The notes beneath the pieces were generated by a model. That model ran no database searches and had not been told where the DNA came from. It saw only the letters and a list, made by a program, of their open reading frames with translations. Position numbers and translations under genes: made by a program. Positions 33,119-44,698 of a stretch of DNA of 64,000 bases are shown here, one piece after another (position 1 is the stretch's first letter; every line of letters begins with the position of its first letter). Origin of the DNA: Strigamia acuminata (Eukaryota); the NCBI GenBank assembly GCA_949358305.1, contig OX442314.1, positions 5,518,001-5,582,000 on the forward strand. The letters run 5' to 3'.

Positions 33119-35168
33119 TAGTAATAATTTAGTATGCTTACTAGGTACGGAGCTAGTGGGCACACGTCAGCATACGTGTTTTCAATATTTACGGTCAATA
33201 ATTTCCGAACAAATGATTTGCTAGAAGCTTTAGCTATACCAATAAATGATATAGGTTATCAAGCAAGTTAGAAGACATATGTTTTTTGTTTATAGTTACA
33301 AAATTGGAATGTTGAGCAGGTCCCATACGAGGTGTCAGTTTCCGTGAGAACAACTGATTTGTTTGAAAATCCCTAAACAAATCAGGTCTTTTAATTTTTA
33401 AAAAAAACTTTCATTTTTTTTACCTTTATTTTGATGCCAACTATCTCTTCAGTCAAATTGGTCGCTTTCCAAAGTTCATCCATATTACAAGTTGGTATTT
33501 TTATCAGACTTTTCACCATATTTACACATTCATAGTTGGGTGAAAACAGATTATCCACAAGATTCGGATAAGTTTTATTCCAAAGCCTGGACATTTCTTT
33601 TGTGTTGCCACTGCAGATCATCAAGCGTGGTAACACAATCTCTTCCGATTTGGTCGTTACATCAACAGTTGTAGGATAACTTAAGTAATACATTACTCTG
33701 TTGTATGTTTGGTAAGTGAGCATGCATGTGCAAAACACGAGCAAAAATAGCCAAAATGCATGACGCCTGCTGAAATGTTTTCTACTGTTTACGAAATCGT
33801 CCAGACCAATTAAACTGCATTTTGGTTTATTGGCATCATCTTTTACCATGCGTTGAATTGCAGGACGTAGTTTTGCTAATCTCCGCACATTTCTTCTCAT
33901 TAAGTAATTTGCCTGCATTATATTTCAGTAAATGGGACCAGAGCAGACTTCAATGTTTCTGTCATCAGTGGTACTTGCCACTTTAGGCTTGGACAAATTA
34001 TTTTTTAAACCTAACTGGTCTTTACAACTTGAGAGCTTGTTTGTTTGGTGTTGTATCCTTGAAAAAACAAGGCAACTACGCTCTTTATTTGTCGTTAAAT
34101 TCAGAATTGATCCGTGTTTTTATTACCTAGAAACACCGCATGTAAAACCCATAAAATTATACAAGCAGCAAAAATATTGACACAATTTTCATTGATTTAG
34201 AAATTAGAAGTTAAGTGTTTGACCGTTGTAAAAACGTACAGTACGCAATTCACCATCAGATGGCTCTGTTTGATTAGACGCGGCTAAGTTTAAACGAGTT
34301 AAAGGAATTATAAATTAATTCTAAGTATATATAAATAAATATGTTTATTTTTGTAAGAATGCCGAATCACTATATGACATTGGGTCAGTAACAGCTCACA
34401 ACTGCTCTCTGTTCTGCCCTTTTATTGCTTTGCTGCTTAATGATATACAGGTCGTCCTTGGGCTGAATAATCAATCGAGATTATTCTAGCCACGAATCAT
34501 ATCCACCGATAGGATCCGAAACCACCGATTATTAAAGGAGTTGTGACATAAAAATTTTTTTTTGTAATAATTGTAAAAAATGATTAAGTATTGTTAAACA
34601 AAATGTTTCTCAATTTTTTATAATTTTAAGTGTTATTTTTTTACTATAAACTAGAATTAAAAATGCTAAGCCCCGCCCCCTCTGAAAAACTCCAAGAAAC
34701 CGGAAATGACGTCATAGGCAGAACAGATTTCAATAGCTGCATACAGAAAAAACCAAAAAATTCAATATTGCGTCTAAAAAATAAAAAAGAATCGTATAAT
34801 TTTTTGTGTGATTGATGAAGCTTCTGTAATCTTCAGAAAGTTTTATACTCTATAATAGATTGATTTTTAATTTTTTAAATAGATTTTTTAAAAAAAAATT
34901 TGACATTTTTTTTCAATTTGTTGGTTTTATTTACTCCGTATTTAATTTTCTTCAAATCAATCACAAAATGTACTTCCAAGTTTTAGCATTAGGTTTTGTG
35001 TGCATTTTTTCAACAATTGTGTGTTTTTATTTCTGTGTGACGTCTTACAGATGTCATTCCAAACACTGTCATTGGTGGACACACCTTAAATGACGTCATC
35101 GGCAGAATTTTATTGTTTCCCTGATTTTGAAGCAAGGCAGTAAAGCGCAAAGGGCAATCCCTTAAATT

Positions 35169-36132
35169 TGTGGTGATCTCAATGTATTTCACCAACTTAG
35201 AAGATAAAATTAATTGTCTTCTAATTAATTTGACTGTGGCACACGCCAAGTCAGATCATGTGACCGAGGGGAGAAATCCTCTCTAGGCACATATCACCCC
35301 AGGTTGTCCGGGGTGAAGACGGTTATTAGCCGTTATGGTGCAATATGGTGTAATAACCACTAGTTGCACCCATTTGAGCTAAGTGCGCAGGTTTTCTGCG
35401 CAATATTGAAGCGTGCTGGGCTCGCGCCTTGGCTCAAATCGGGACTCTTGACAAAAATACACACACCACAACATCACTGCTTGTTCGCTCCTGAAAAGTA
35501 TTGATAGTGGACCATGTATTCCAAGTTTCACCAGCTTGCTTTGTAAAACATACAAAGCCAGCTATCCTGCTTGAATTAGCCGCAGCTAATTCCAGCAATC
35601 GTAACGAGAAGTAGAAGTTTCCCGACGATCGTGAACCATCGCCGTCGCTGTCGCGCGAACGTCAGCCACCGCCATCGAACGAGAGCCGGACGCCTGCCCC
35701 GTGAACCACCGCCGCCGAGCCGTCGTACGAGGACAGAAGAAACCCACGAGAACCATCGTCTCCGACCATCGTTCGTGAGTTTGCAAAACGAAGACATTTG
35801 CCTTCGCTCAACAACATTGTGTTGTTTAAGCGCCATTTCTGACGCTTTGTAGCTTGCAACAGTCGTTGCAAGCCCTTCCATTGTTCCCGCTCATTTTACT
35901 TCGCGACTTGTCGCATTCTGTGATATTTCCATCATTATTAATATATATTGTATTTAAAATCGAATAAATATATTGTGTCATTTTTATACTATAAACTGTC
36001 TTTTTATTCCTTTTCCTTAAACTTAACCCCTAGATAATTTAAGGCCGCCGATTGTAAGTCTTGAAAAGCATTCACCTGCGGTTTCAGGCTTATTAATTAG
36101 TAATAAGTCTGATATTAACCCGGATCGCAGCA
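35169..36132 (+). repeat. E2 5' LTR (964 bp)
   Basis: TG...CA ends; matches 57659-58197 with 4 substitutions, and the solo LTR. Confidence 0.95.
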
Positions 36133-39100
36133 CGTGGGGGCCCGTCCGGGATAGACATTGTATAAATTTTGACAGTTAAAATTTACCCGCCATTTTTATC
36201 TTGCTTATCTTTCTTCTCTATCCTTTCTTTGTCTTCATTGAAAAATGGCGACTCCAGGCGAAAAGAGACCGAGAGGAAGGCCGGCGAAGAGACGAGTGGC
36301 GATCGATCTACCAGCCGTGGATCAAGAAGTGACTGAGTCACAAGAACTGTTTGAAGCCATGGATCAAACAGCTAACTGTAACTCGGCACAGTTAATCGTG
36401 AATGAATTCACGCAAGCGTTGGAGCGACAACAGCCATCCCCGCCCAGCGGCCAGTTGGACTTAAATAATCCAACTGGAAGTGGCCGTTCCAAGTCGCAAA
36501 ACGATGATTTGAATTTACGAATTCAATCATCAAGTGCAGAGCACTCGCTGAATTCGTCACCAGTTCAAGGTGCAGCACATCAAGATTCTGAGAATTCCAA
36601 CATGGAAGTTTCTCATTCTCCCGTGCGTGTCACCATGATGGACGCACTCCGTGAGCAAGCTAGGCTCGAGAGAGTAAAAGTCACTAGCGAAATGACTGTG
36701 GAACAAATCCACAAAGCTATGGTTCGCAAACAAAGTCGAAAAGACGTTGAAATCGTCAGAACAAGCTTGCAAGCAGAGTTCGAGCGAATGCATGCAGAAA
36801 TGCATCAGCAAAATGCCGAACTAAAACAACAAAGTGCGAATGATCATGTTAAGTTGTTAAATTTAGAGCAGGAAAAAGCTTCCTGGCTAATTACTAACGA
36901 AGAGCAGCAACAAAGGCTCGAGCAACTAAATCAAGCCCAAAAAGATTTAGAAATTGCTAATGATAATTTGAGATTGGCCAACGCAAATTTGCGAGAAGCC
37001 ACCACAAATTTAATGACTGCCGAACTAACCGCCCCAGTTCGAGCGAGGGAAGCAATCCCCTCTTCTTCTCGAAATTACGAGAATTATGCTGCAGAACAAG
37101 CAGCAAGAGCTAAGCGATTAGCACAACGAGAAAATGAAGTATTTCTCGCTCGACAGCAGTCTGTAATTGATGCTGGTCAAGCCGTGTGACGGTGACGACC
37201 ACAACTCCCATTTAACAATGGTACCGGGAAGAGATCGCAATAAATAAACAGTGAATACAATACGAGATAAATACAAGACAGTTTATTGTTGGTAAACAAT
37301 AATATCAAGGCTAAATTATACATAGGACTAATGCCGACATTTGGCAAGTTAAATCAGCTATTAAACTATACAAAGAATTGGCCAACTGGCCCTAGAATAA
37401 TATCACTACGGGTCTGGAATATGGGAGCGGTTTCCCCATCGCTCGACCTGATTATAGATGTCATCTTAAGCCGGATGGCTGTGTCCTGGAGTCCGATACG
37501 GCTTCGCTGGTTTCCTTGGTTCGCTGTGTAAACTATCGCACGTCGATAAATCGAATGATCTGAGCATTGCGGTTGACTTTGTCTGCACCGCCACAACTTT
37601 GGGAGGATATTGGTGTAAGTAAATGTATTCATTTACTTATCAATATTCCACTTATGAATTATATTTAATTCATATCGTTGTGAATTCTTATTTAGATATT
37701 TCGGGAATAAGTTGTCGTCAACTTATCGGTTATATTGAGTTCAATATGAGATTAAGTCTTCTGACTTGATTTTGGTCCAACTGGTTGTCGAGTTTAAGTT
37801 TTGCTGTTATAAATAAAATGAAGATTAAGCTTCCCGTCGCAACACACAATTGCCATCGATTAGAATATACGCCTTGCCATGCAGAACGGTATCAAGCGTC
37901 CCCGGCGTCGCAGCACGGTCGTCCATCGAGTGGTTGACGGTACCACGTACACAGGGGTCGATAGCTCGCGGCTCCGCACAGCAGTTTTATCTCTCGCGGT
38001 ACTAATAATAGACCGACTGCTTTGGCATCGAATACCATGAGAATCAGCTTGCCAAACACTTGGTGCTACTCGTGGTTACTGTAAAACAGACTGCTTTGGC
38101 ACCATCAGGTGAAGGAACCGATTCTCAACAATACCGATGCTACTCGTGGTAACGGAATACGTTCATACCGAAAAAGACAACTTGGTCCTGTCCGGAGGAT
38201 ACTGAATTGCACAACGGCGGGTTCTCCTTCGGCGTCGCAACCGTAAACTGTAACATTTATGCAACATAATGATCCCAGCACTTCGACTTCAATTGCCGGC
38301 GGTGGCATGATTCTGTAGAATCATGCAACGGTTCTTTGCGAATAAATCAACAAAGAACCAAAAGGTTTTTTTACGTGAACAACGAATCATATTTCTTAAG
38401 TAACAATACCAAACAGAAAATAATCAAACAGAGCTGCGGAATGGCCGATTGTTTGGGTTTATATAACCTGACTGGATTTAAGGATTAATCCAGTCATCCA
38501 ATTGGAACATGGGTTCCACGAATCCCTCCAATCCCGTATCACCGGAAGTGGATACGGAGGAGCATTTATGCAAATTATGCTAATCCTTGTTACAACCGGA
38601 ACTGGATACCCAGGACCGGAAATGGGTTCCACCAATCAGATTGATCGGTTGACCGATTGATCGCTAAACATTCTGTCCCGCAGAAATGGAAGTTACATTG
38701 TATTTAACAATGTCAGATATTTAATATATATTTATATTAATATTTAACACAATTTATTCACTTGATTAAATATACGTTTATATTTAATCATGAGGTTTTC
38801 AAGTTCGTATTCGAATTTATCGCTAATTGCGATCGCGCCATCTAGTGGCAATATGGAGCATTGACAAATGCGGGTTTTAGCAGACGAATCTTCGTAATTA
38901 TGCCGTGATACTTTAGTATCATGTGGAAATTAGTGTTTATTCTTAATAAACGAACATCTTTGTATTTGAAACATCATAAATGACTTTATTCTAGACATTT
39001 ATCAGTTTTACACAGAATATTGTAAAAATACCATCATATTGGCGCAACAGCGCTTTCTTGATAGAAAATAGGCATTTATAGCCATTGTAAACCGTCATAC

Positions 39101-39694
39101 ATCCCCCTTAATAACACAACTATATAATATTTTATAGAGTTTTCGTTATTCTCCTAATTAGCATAAATGCTATTTTCGGACTTGATGTATCTTGGAGATA
39201 CCGTGACTTCCAATTTCGAATTTGAGTTTACATAAACTAACTTGAATTATCTAAGTTCTGGATTTCTGCCGAAATAATCTTTTCTAATAGCCTAAATTCA
39301 AGTCCAGAATTTATTTCCAAGTCTTCTTTTTGAAGAAACTTTCGTCATACATAAAATCATCATTTGTGTTATCACAAAATATTTATTTCATATGCCTAGT
39401 CAGATGTATCGCTATAAATATACAATAAATAGCTTTTAGATGATAAGAGTTGACAATTTAAGAATCAAAATGTCCCCCTTAATTGTCATGACCGGAGTCA
39501 CTTGGTATTCTTTGTACAATTGACTAATTTTAATTTAAACTAGTTGTCTTTTAATACTGTAATATTACTTTTCGAGAATTGTTAATTTTAACTTTATATT
39601 TTGTCCCCTTTTTCTTTAGAAGAGAGGTCATGATTTTTAGAAGAGGATTTTCTGTTTACACTATAATCGGGGAATCTTTGTGTATCATATCATG

Positions 39695-41176
39695 TTAATC
39701 AACATGATTCTTTGCTAAATATTGAGCTCGCATATTTGCGAATTTCCGAGATCTCTCAGCCTGCTGTACTGATTTCTTTCGACGTTTTTCCTTTGGGCAG
39801 TTACATACAGTGTACTGACTTGGCAGTGTAAATGACCGTGACGACCCAACTTTTTGTTTTAGGTCATCTCTGGAAAACCATACATGAATGGGACCCTCAT
39901 TGGAAAACCATACGTGGAAAGGACCCATATTTGGAATTGTGAAATCCCGCAACAAACGAGGGGATCTATATTTGACTCTAAGTCGTGGAACTGATGATTG
40001 GAAACCTGGGTTTTCAGTCAGTTTTTGAACATGTTGGTTTGTACTTGAAGTTTCTTCATCACCAGCTGGACTTGGTGACCGAAAACGCTTTTTTGAAGTT
40101 CTTAATTCCTCTCGTTGAGATGAATTATTCTGGATATTGCAGGGTTGCTTTCCAGACGCAAATTGTTGTATCTCCGTCAGATTGACGACTGGGACGGGTT
40201 TTAGTCGTTGGTTACGGTATTGATTTCGAAATACGAATTGTTGCGCTTCGTTTATATTTTTAAATTCAGCTGAATTTAACTGGTATTGTTTACAATACTG
40301 TTCGAATTGATACCGGATCTCCCGTGGGTTAGTCAAAAAACTTTCTTTTTTAGGTTTAAAATCATTCTCATTATCGTGTTGGTAATACTTTTTCAAGGGA
40401 AAAGTTTGCTTGACCTTTTTTCGATTTGAAATGGGCGTTAGGTAGAATTGTCTTGGCTGGGGACTCTTCTTGGTAGACAAATCATACGTCCGCAAACATG
40501 AGTTTGTGATCGGCGATCGGGCACGTTGTTGTACGTTATTTGACTGCAAATGTTTGTTTGGAGTCCGAATATCTTTCCTTTGCATTGATATTGGTGGCCC
40601 AAAACTTTTGTTTACGGTTCCCAATTCTTTTGATAGCGGTAGGTTAATCGACAGATTAAGGCTAGCCACATATCGTTGTGCTTCAGCTGGATTAGCATAT
40701 CGAACTGAAATTAGCTGATCTCGATTGTAAACGAGTTTTAATTTGTTCTGAACAACCGACTGGTTAGTTAACGAACTCTCTGGACGAGAATTATTAGGTT
40801 TATAATTCTCTTCCCCCTTATCTACCGAATTAGGTGGTTTAAACTTTTCTAACTTAGATCCCCTACTGGATGTTTGAAACATAGTATGAGAATCTTGATT
40901 CACTAAGTTTCGGCTGTATGTTTGTGGATTCCGTACTGGATCTTGATGTGAAGATTGAGATTGGGTACGATCTCGCCAGTTCCTAGCTTTTACATAGTCT
41001 GAAGCTTCGATTATATTTTTAAACTTGGTTTTATCCAGTCCATGACGATTACAATACAGAGTAAAATGATCGGGAATCTTTTCTGTTTGATCGCCAAGTG
41101 GTACAGAACTTAAATTTAAGTTTGTCTGCTTATTATTTCCTTTTGGATCGATCATATTCAATGGTTTTTGAGCCAT
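39695..41176 (-). CDS. E3 orphan ORF (~493 aa from ATG), basic and N/Q-rich
   Basis: Uninterrupted 1.5-kb frame in very AT-rich DNA, with a twice-repeated motif F..YC....L....FKNI.EA..(Y/F)V and an upstream core promoter. Confidence 0.7.
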   Translation of the reverse strand: MAQKPLNMIDPKGNNKQTNLNLSSVPLGDQTEKIPDHFTLYCNRHGLDKTKFKNIIEASDYVKARNWRDRTQSQSSHQDPVRNPQTYSRNLVNQDSHTMFQTSSRGSKLEKFKPPNSVDKGEENYKPNNSRPESSLTNQSVVQNKLKLVYNRDQLISVRYANPAEAQRYVASLNLSINLPLSKELGTVNKSFGPPISMQRKDIRTPNKHLQSNNVQQRARSPITNSCLRTYDLSTKKSPQPRQFYLTPISNRKKVKQTFPLKKYYQHDNENDFKPKKESFLTNPREIRYQFEQYCKQYQLNSAEFKNINEAQQFVFRNQYRNQRLKPVPVVNLTEIQQFASGKQPCNIQNNSSQREELRTSKKRFRSPSPAGDEETSSTNQHVQKLTENPGFQSSVPRLRVKYRSPRLLRDFTIPNMGPFHVWFSNEGPIHVWFSRDDLKQKVGSSRSFTLPSQYTVCNCPKEKRRKKSVQQAERSRKFANMRAQYLAKNHVD

Positions 41177-41418
41177 AAAAAAATTCAAAATCTGACGATT
41201 TTAATTCTTTAATTTATAAAGAAGACGAATATAATACACTTTTCAACAAGAAACACTTCTAAACTTTACTTTTGACAAAATAAAATTAAACTTCGCGTTT
41301 GTTTGACACGTGTTAGCTTTTGCAGGTTACACGGCACACAAAATTCGAATCGTGACTGAAATCGGGACGGCGTGGTCAAGATGACTCTGGAACACGTCTT
41401 CTGGTCTGGTCTGGATGC

Positions 41419-41495
41419 GAATGATCAGTATCTGATCTGGTCCTCCTTTAATAGCAGGGGGCTGGGGATCCCTAGATCTCCCAACTTCTGATTGG
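41419..41495 (-). promoter_or_regulatory. Putative internal Pol II promoter for the E3 ORF
   Basis: Minus strand: CCAAT 41495-41491, TATTAAA 41453-41447, and Inr-like TCATTC whose A (41422) is 31 nt downstream of the TATA start. Confidence 0.55.
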
Positions 41496-44400
41496 CGGAT
41501 GTTAGTGTCGGCCAATGGTATAAAGGACGTTACATCTATTTAGTAGTTCTCTACTAAGTCCGTTCCCTTCGAGATTCAATTTTACCGATAAAATAAAATT
41601 CCTTCGGGAAGACATTCGTAAAATATTGTATTTTTCAAATGAAAATAAAATAAACTTACTTCAATCTTCTTGAACTTTGGGATTTTTACCAATCCAAATA
41701 ATTAAATAACTTTTCTTCAAAAAATATTTTTCTTTTAATTATTCCGTTAGTGTGTGATATCGTTACAACCACAACTTTTAATAAAGTTTTCTCAAACTCT
41801 CAATTTTTCTTATTCTTATTCAATTATCGTTCAAATAATCATTCCTTTGTAATTGAAATCTATTTTCGATTCCCAACATTGTGTATTCATTTCCAATAGG
41901 AAGAATAATTTGACCAAGTCTTTACTTTTTCGGGTTTAAATTCCATTTTTCGAGTGTGAAAAAATAAATTTTCACCATCCATCTCCCCCTTTTTTAACAA
42001 ATTTTTTTAACAAATAAAAATTCGTTAAAATTCTTTAAATTTGTTTTGCGAGAAAAATTATCTAATTCTCTAATCTTCCAAAAGAAAATATTCGAAATTT
42101 TACTTTAAACGATAAAGTTATTGGTACAAATGTGTACTTGTTTTTCGGGAGAAAACTATTCGACAATCCTTTAGACTTTTGGGTAAAAATTATTCATCAA
42201 ATCTTTCTTTTTTGATGACAATTGCTTTGATTTTTCGAAAGAAAATATCTAGCTAAATTCCACTTTTCCTGAGCGGACAATTGTTTTCACAATTAGTTAT
42301 TCCTTTGCGATATTTACGAAGGACGTGTCTTTGATTATTCGTTTTAATAATTTTCGTCCCCCTTATCTCTAATAACGAGATGTTTTTGCAGAGATCTTTT
42401 ATCTTTTGAATGAAAGAATATTTAAATCTCAATTGTCGTAAATACCTTCATCTGCTGCAGCATTTCCTCAATTTGAACTTTTCAAATGAAAAGACAAATC
42501 TGGAGAACTTTCACTGTCAAACTTCTATTCCTATCGCGCCAAAATTCGTAATTCACTGGTTTGGAATTCCGTATAACACGTGACACAATAACAGTATCGA
42601 TGTCACAATTAAGCAGTTTACTACTCGGTCCGCGCGAGGACATGTAAATTACTTTTTTCCGATAAAAATAATTTTTCTTTGAAAAATATTTGAAATTGAT
42701 TTTTCACAACTACTTTTGAATGAAATAAAATGAAGTTATTCCAACTTTTCGTTAATTGCTCACACATAACATTCCCTTTACTGTGGGATTTGCATCGAAA
42801 TTCCATTTTTAAAGAACCTTTCTTTTACTTATCGCAAATAAAACATATTCAATCGTTTTTCTGATTAAACTTTAACACGTAAATTACGAACGAAATATAT
42901 GATGACATTCCATTAACCTTTAGGAAAATTGACTAAATTCTTAATTTTTAGAGAAAAATAATGTATCTAGAATCTTTCCTTTTCCGAATAAAATCTATGT
43001 TCAAAATAGAAGATAAATCTTGTGCAATTCTTAGTTTTTTCGAATGGAAAAATACAACTTTTCATCAGCGGTGATTTATTTGATTTTTCCGAAAGAAAAA
43101 TAATTACTTTGAAACTTATTTTCTTCGTTTAAATCAGCTATCTGATTTTAAAGCTTCAATCCAATTAAAAAATATTCGCTCCGTAAATATTTCATGTGGC
43201 AAAGTTCATAGCCACAAATGGATTTGTTATTCCGGTTTTAAGAAATCATGTGGGAAAATGTCCGATTAGATTACTAAAAATATTCGTTGTTTTTCAAACA
43301 GCTAAATTTCATTTAGAAATTCTCAAAATTTGGGAGACCCAAATATCGTTGGAAACTTAAAACACTGTTAAATTTCCGAAAGGAAAGATTGAATGAAATC
43401 CTTTTACTTTTCCGAGGGAAAGCGTTTATCGTGATTCGTAACTTTCAATGTAAAAAATACTATTCTACGTGGTCGGCAACTTCATTCGCCGCCATTTTAT
43501 ATTTTCTTAATTTCCATTGTCCCGAAGGAAAAAATGTACTTTTTGTGAAAATAGTTAATTCCTTCAAATAAAGGTAATATTCATTTCGATTTGCAAATCT
43601 TTTCTGCGAAATGGAGTGTGTTGTTTTTCTCCAACAACTAAATTATCTTTGGTACCGATGGCAGTGGAAAAATTAGTTCGCGACACTTAAATAAATCTCT
43701 ACGAACCTTCTGTAACATTTCTCTGCTGTCTTTTATCTGTTGTCCGCCATAATTTCCAAGCATTCGTTCGCACCTTGCGTTGAAGGTTTGAGTAGCTTCC
43801 CTGCTGCGTTTGATACGGAGATCGACGCGTATTGCTATGGCGCGTGGTCGCTGGCTATCGGTGTCGACGTACAGTTACAAGAAACTTAATTTCTTGTAAA
43901 TATTTCCAAATAGTTGCGGTGTTTTCTTCGTTTTAACTTTTCAGGTGGAAAGATAAATTCGTAAGAAGTCCGCCTTCTAAACTTGTATGTTTTTAGCTTT
44001 TCGAAATAAAACAAACTTCGAAAAAAATATCTGTATTCTTATTTCACTCGAAACTTTTTTGATTTCTTATTTAAAATACTTCGTATTCCTTAAATTGTCG
44101 AACGAAAATAGTAAAGAGAGTTCACTAAACGTTTCCATTTCGTCAGTTTAACTTTTCACATGAAAATATAAACTGAAAATCTATTTGTCTGTTTTAACTA
44201 AAATTTTTTAGTTAATATCGGATTCAAGATTCGCTTTTGCAATTCGATCGAATTAATTTGCAACCTATTTCAGTGATCGTGTGATAGGTCTATAACTTCC
44301 GAAATTCCTAGTTAAAGGACTGTTTTGGTGTTTCTCAAGAAAATAAACATGGTTTGAAACTTGTCTGTTTTTTAACTAAATCTTTTAGTTAAATATTTAT

Positions 44401-44680
44401 CTCAAAATTCACTTTTACAATTCTATCGAATTTAATTGCAACCTAATCTCGGTGGGACCTCCACGTGTGAGATTAGGTGGTAGTCTTTGAAATCCCTAAA
44501 ATCTTCAAACGAAAATAATGAAGGAAAATCTACTACGTATTTCTATTTCATCAGTTTAACTTCTTCACATGGAAATATAAACTGAAAATTTAATCTGTCT
44601 ATTTTTAACTTAAATCTTTTTGTTAAATATTTATCTCCAATATTCACTGTTGCAATTCAATCGAATTTAATTGCAACCTA

Positions 44681-44698
44681 ATCTCGGTGGGACCTCCA
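44681..44698 (-). promoter_or_regulatory. E3 primer-binding site, tRNA-Gln
   Basis: TGGAGGTCCCACCGAGAT on the minus strand, 2 nt after the LTR; matches the 18-nt tRNA-Gln PBS. Exact second copy at 44446-44463. Confidence 0.9.

Larger units (their letters stand above)
27865..33918 (-). pseudogene. DEG/ENaC paralog 3, two-domain, disrupted in last exon
   Basis: Same 11-exon layout as paralog 2. Open until TGA at 29364-29362 (CGA in paralog 2). TM2 of domain B is also split by a MULE at 27931-29233. Confidence 0.85.
17490..34452. repeat. Tandem segmental duplication carrying paralogs 2 and 3
   Basis: ~17490-25312 and ~25770-34452 are colinear through 3' flank, exons, introns and 5' flank, differing mainly by TE insertions. 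Boundaries approximate. Confidence 0.85.

Noticed and set aside
34452..35168. Possible DNA-transposon fragment before E2
   Set aside because: Only one end is visible because E2 interrupts it; no TIR pair can be shown.
37286..38308. Short ORFs in LTRs and antisense ORFs over gag/pol
   Set aside because: Short, often non-ATG starts, no motifs; they recur only because LTRs are duplicated.
44446..44698. tRNA-Gln gene
   Set aside because: Only the 18 3'-terminal nucleotides including CCA match; no cloverleaf. These are PBS copies.
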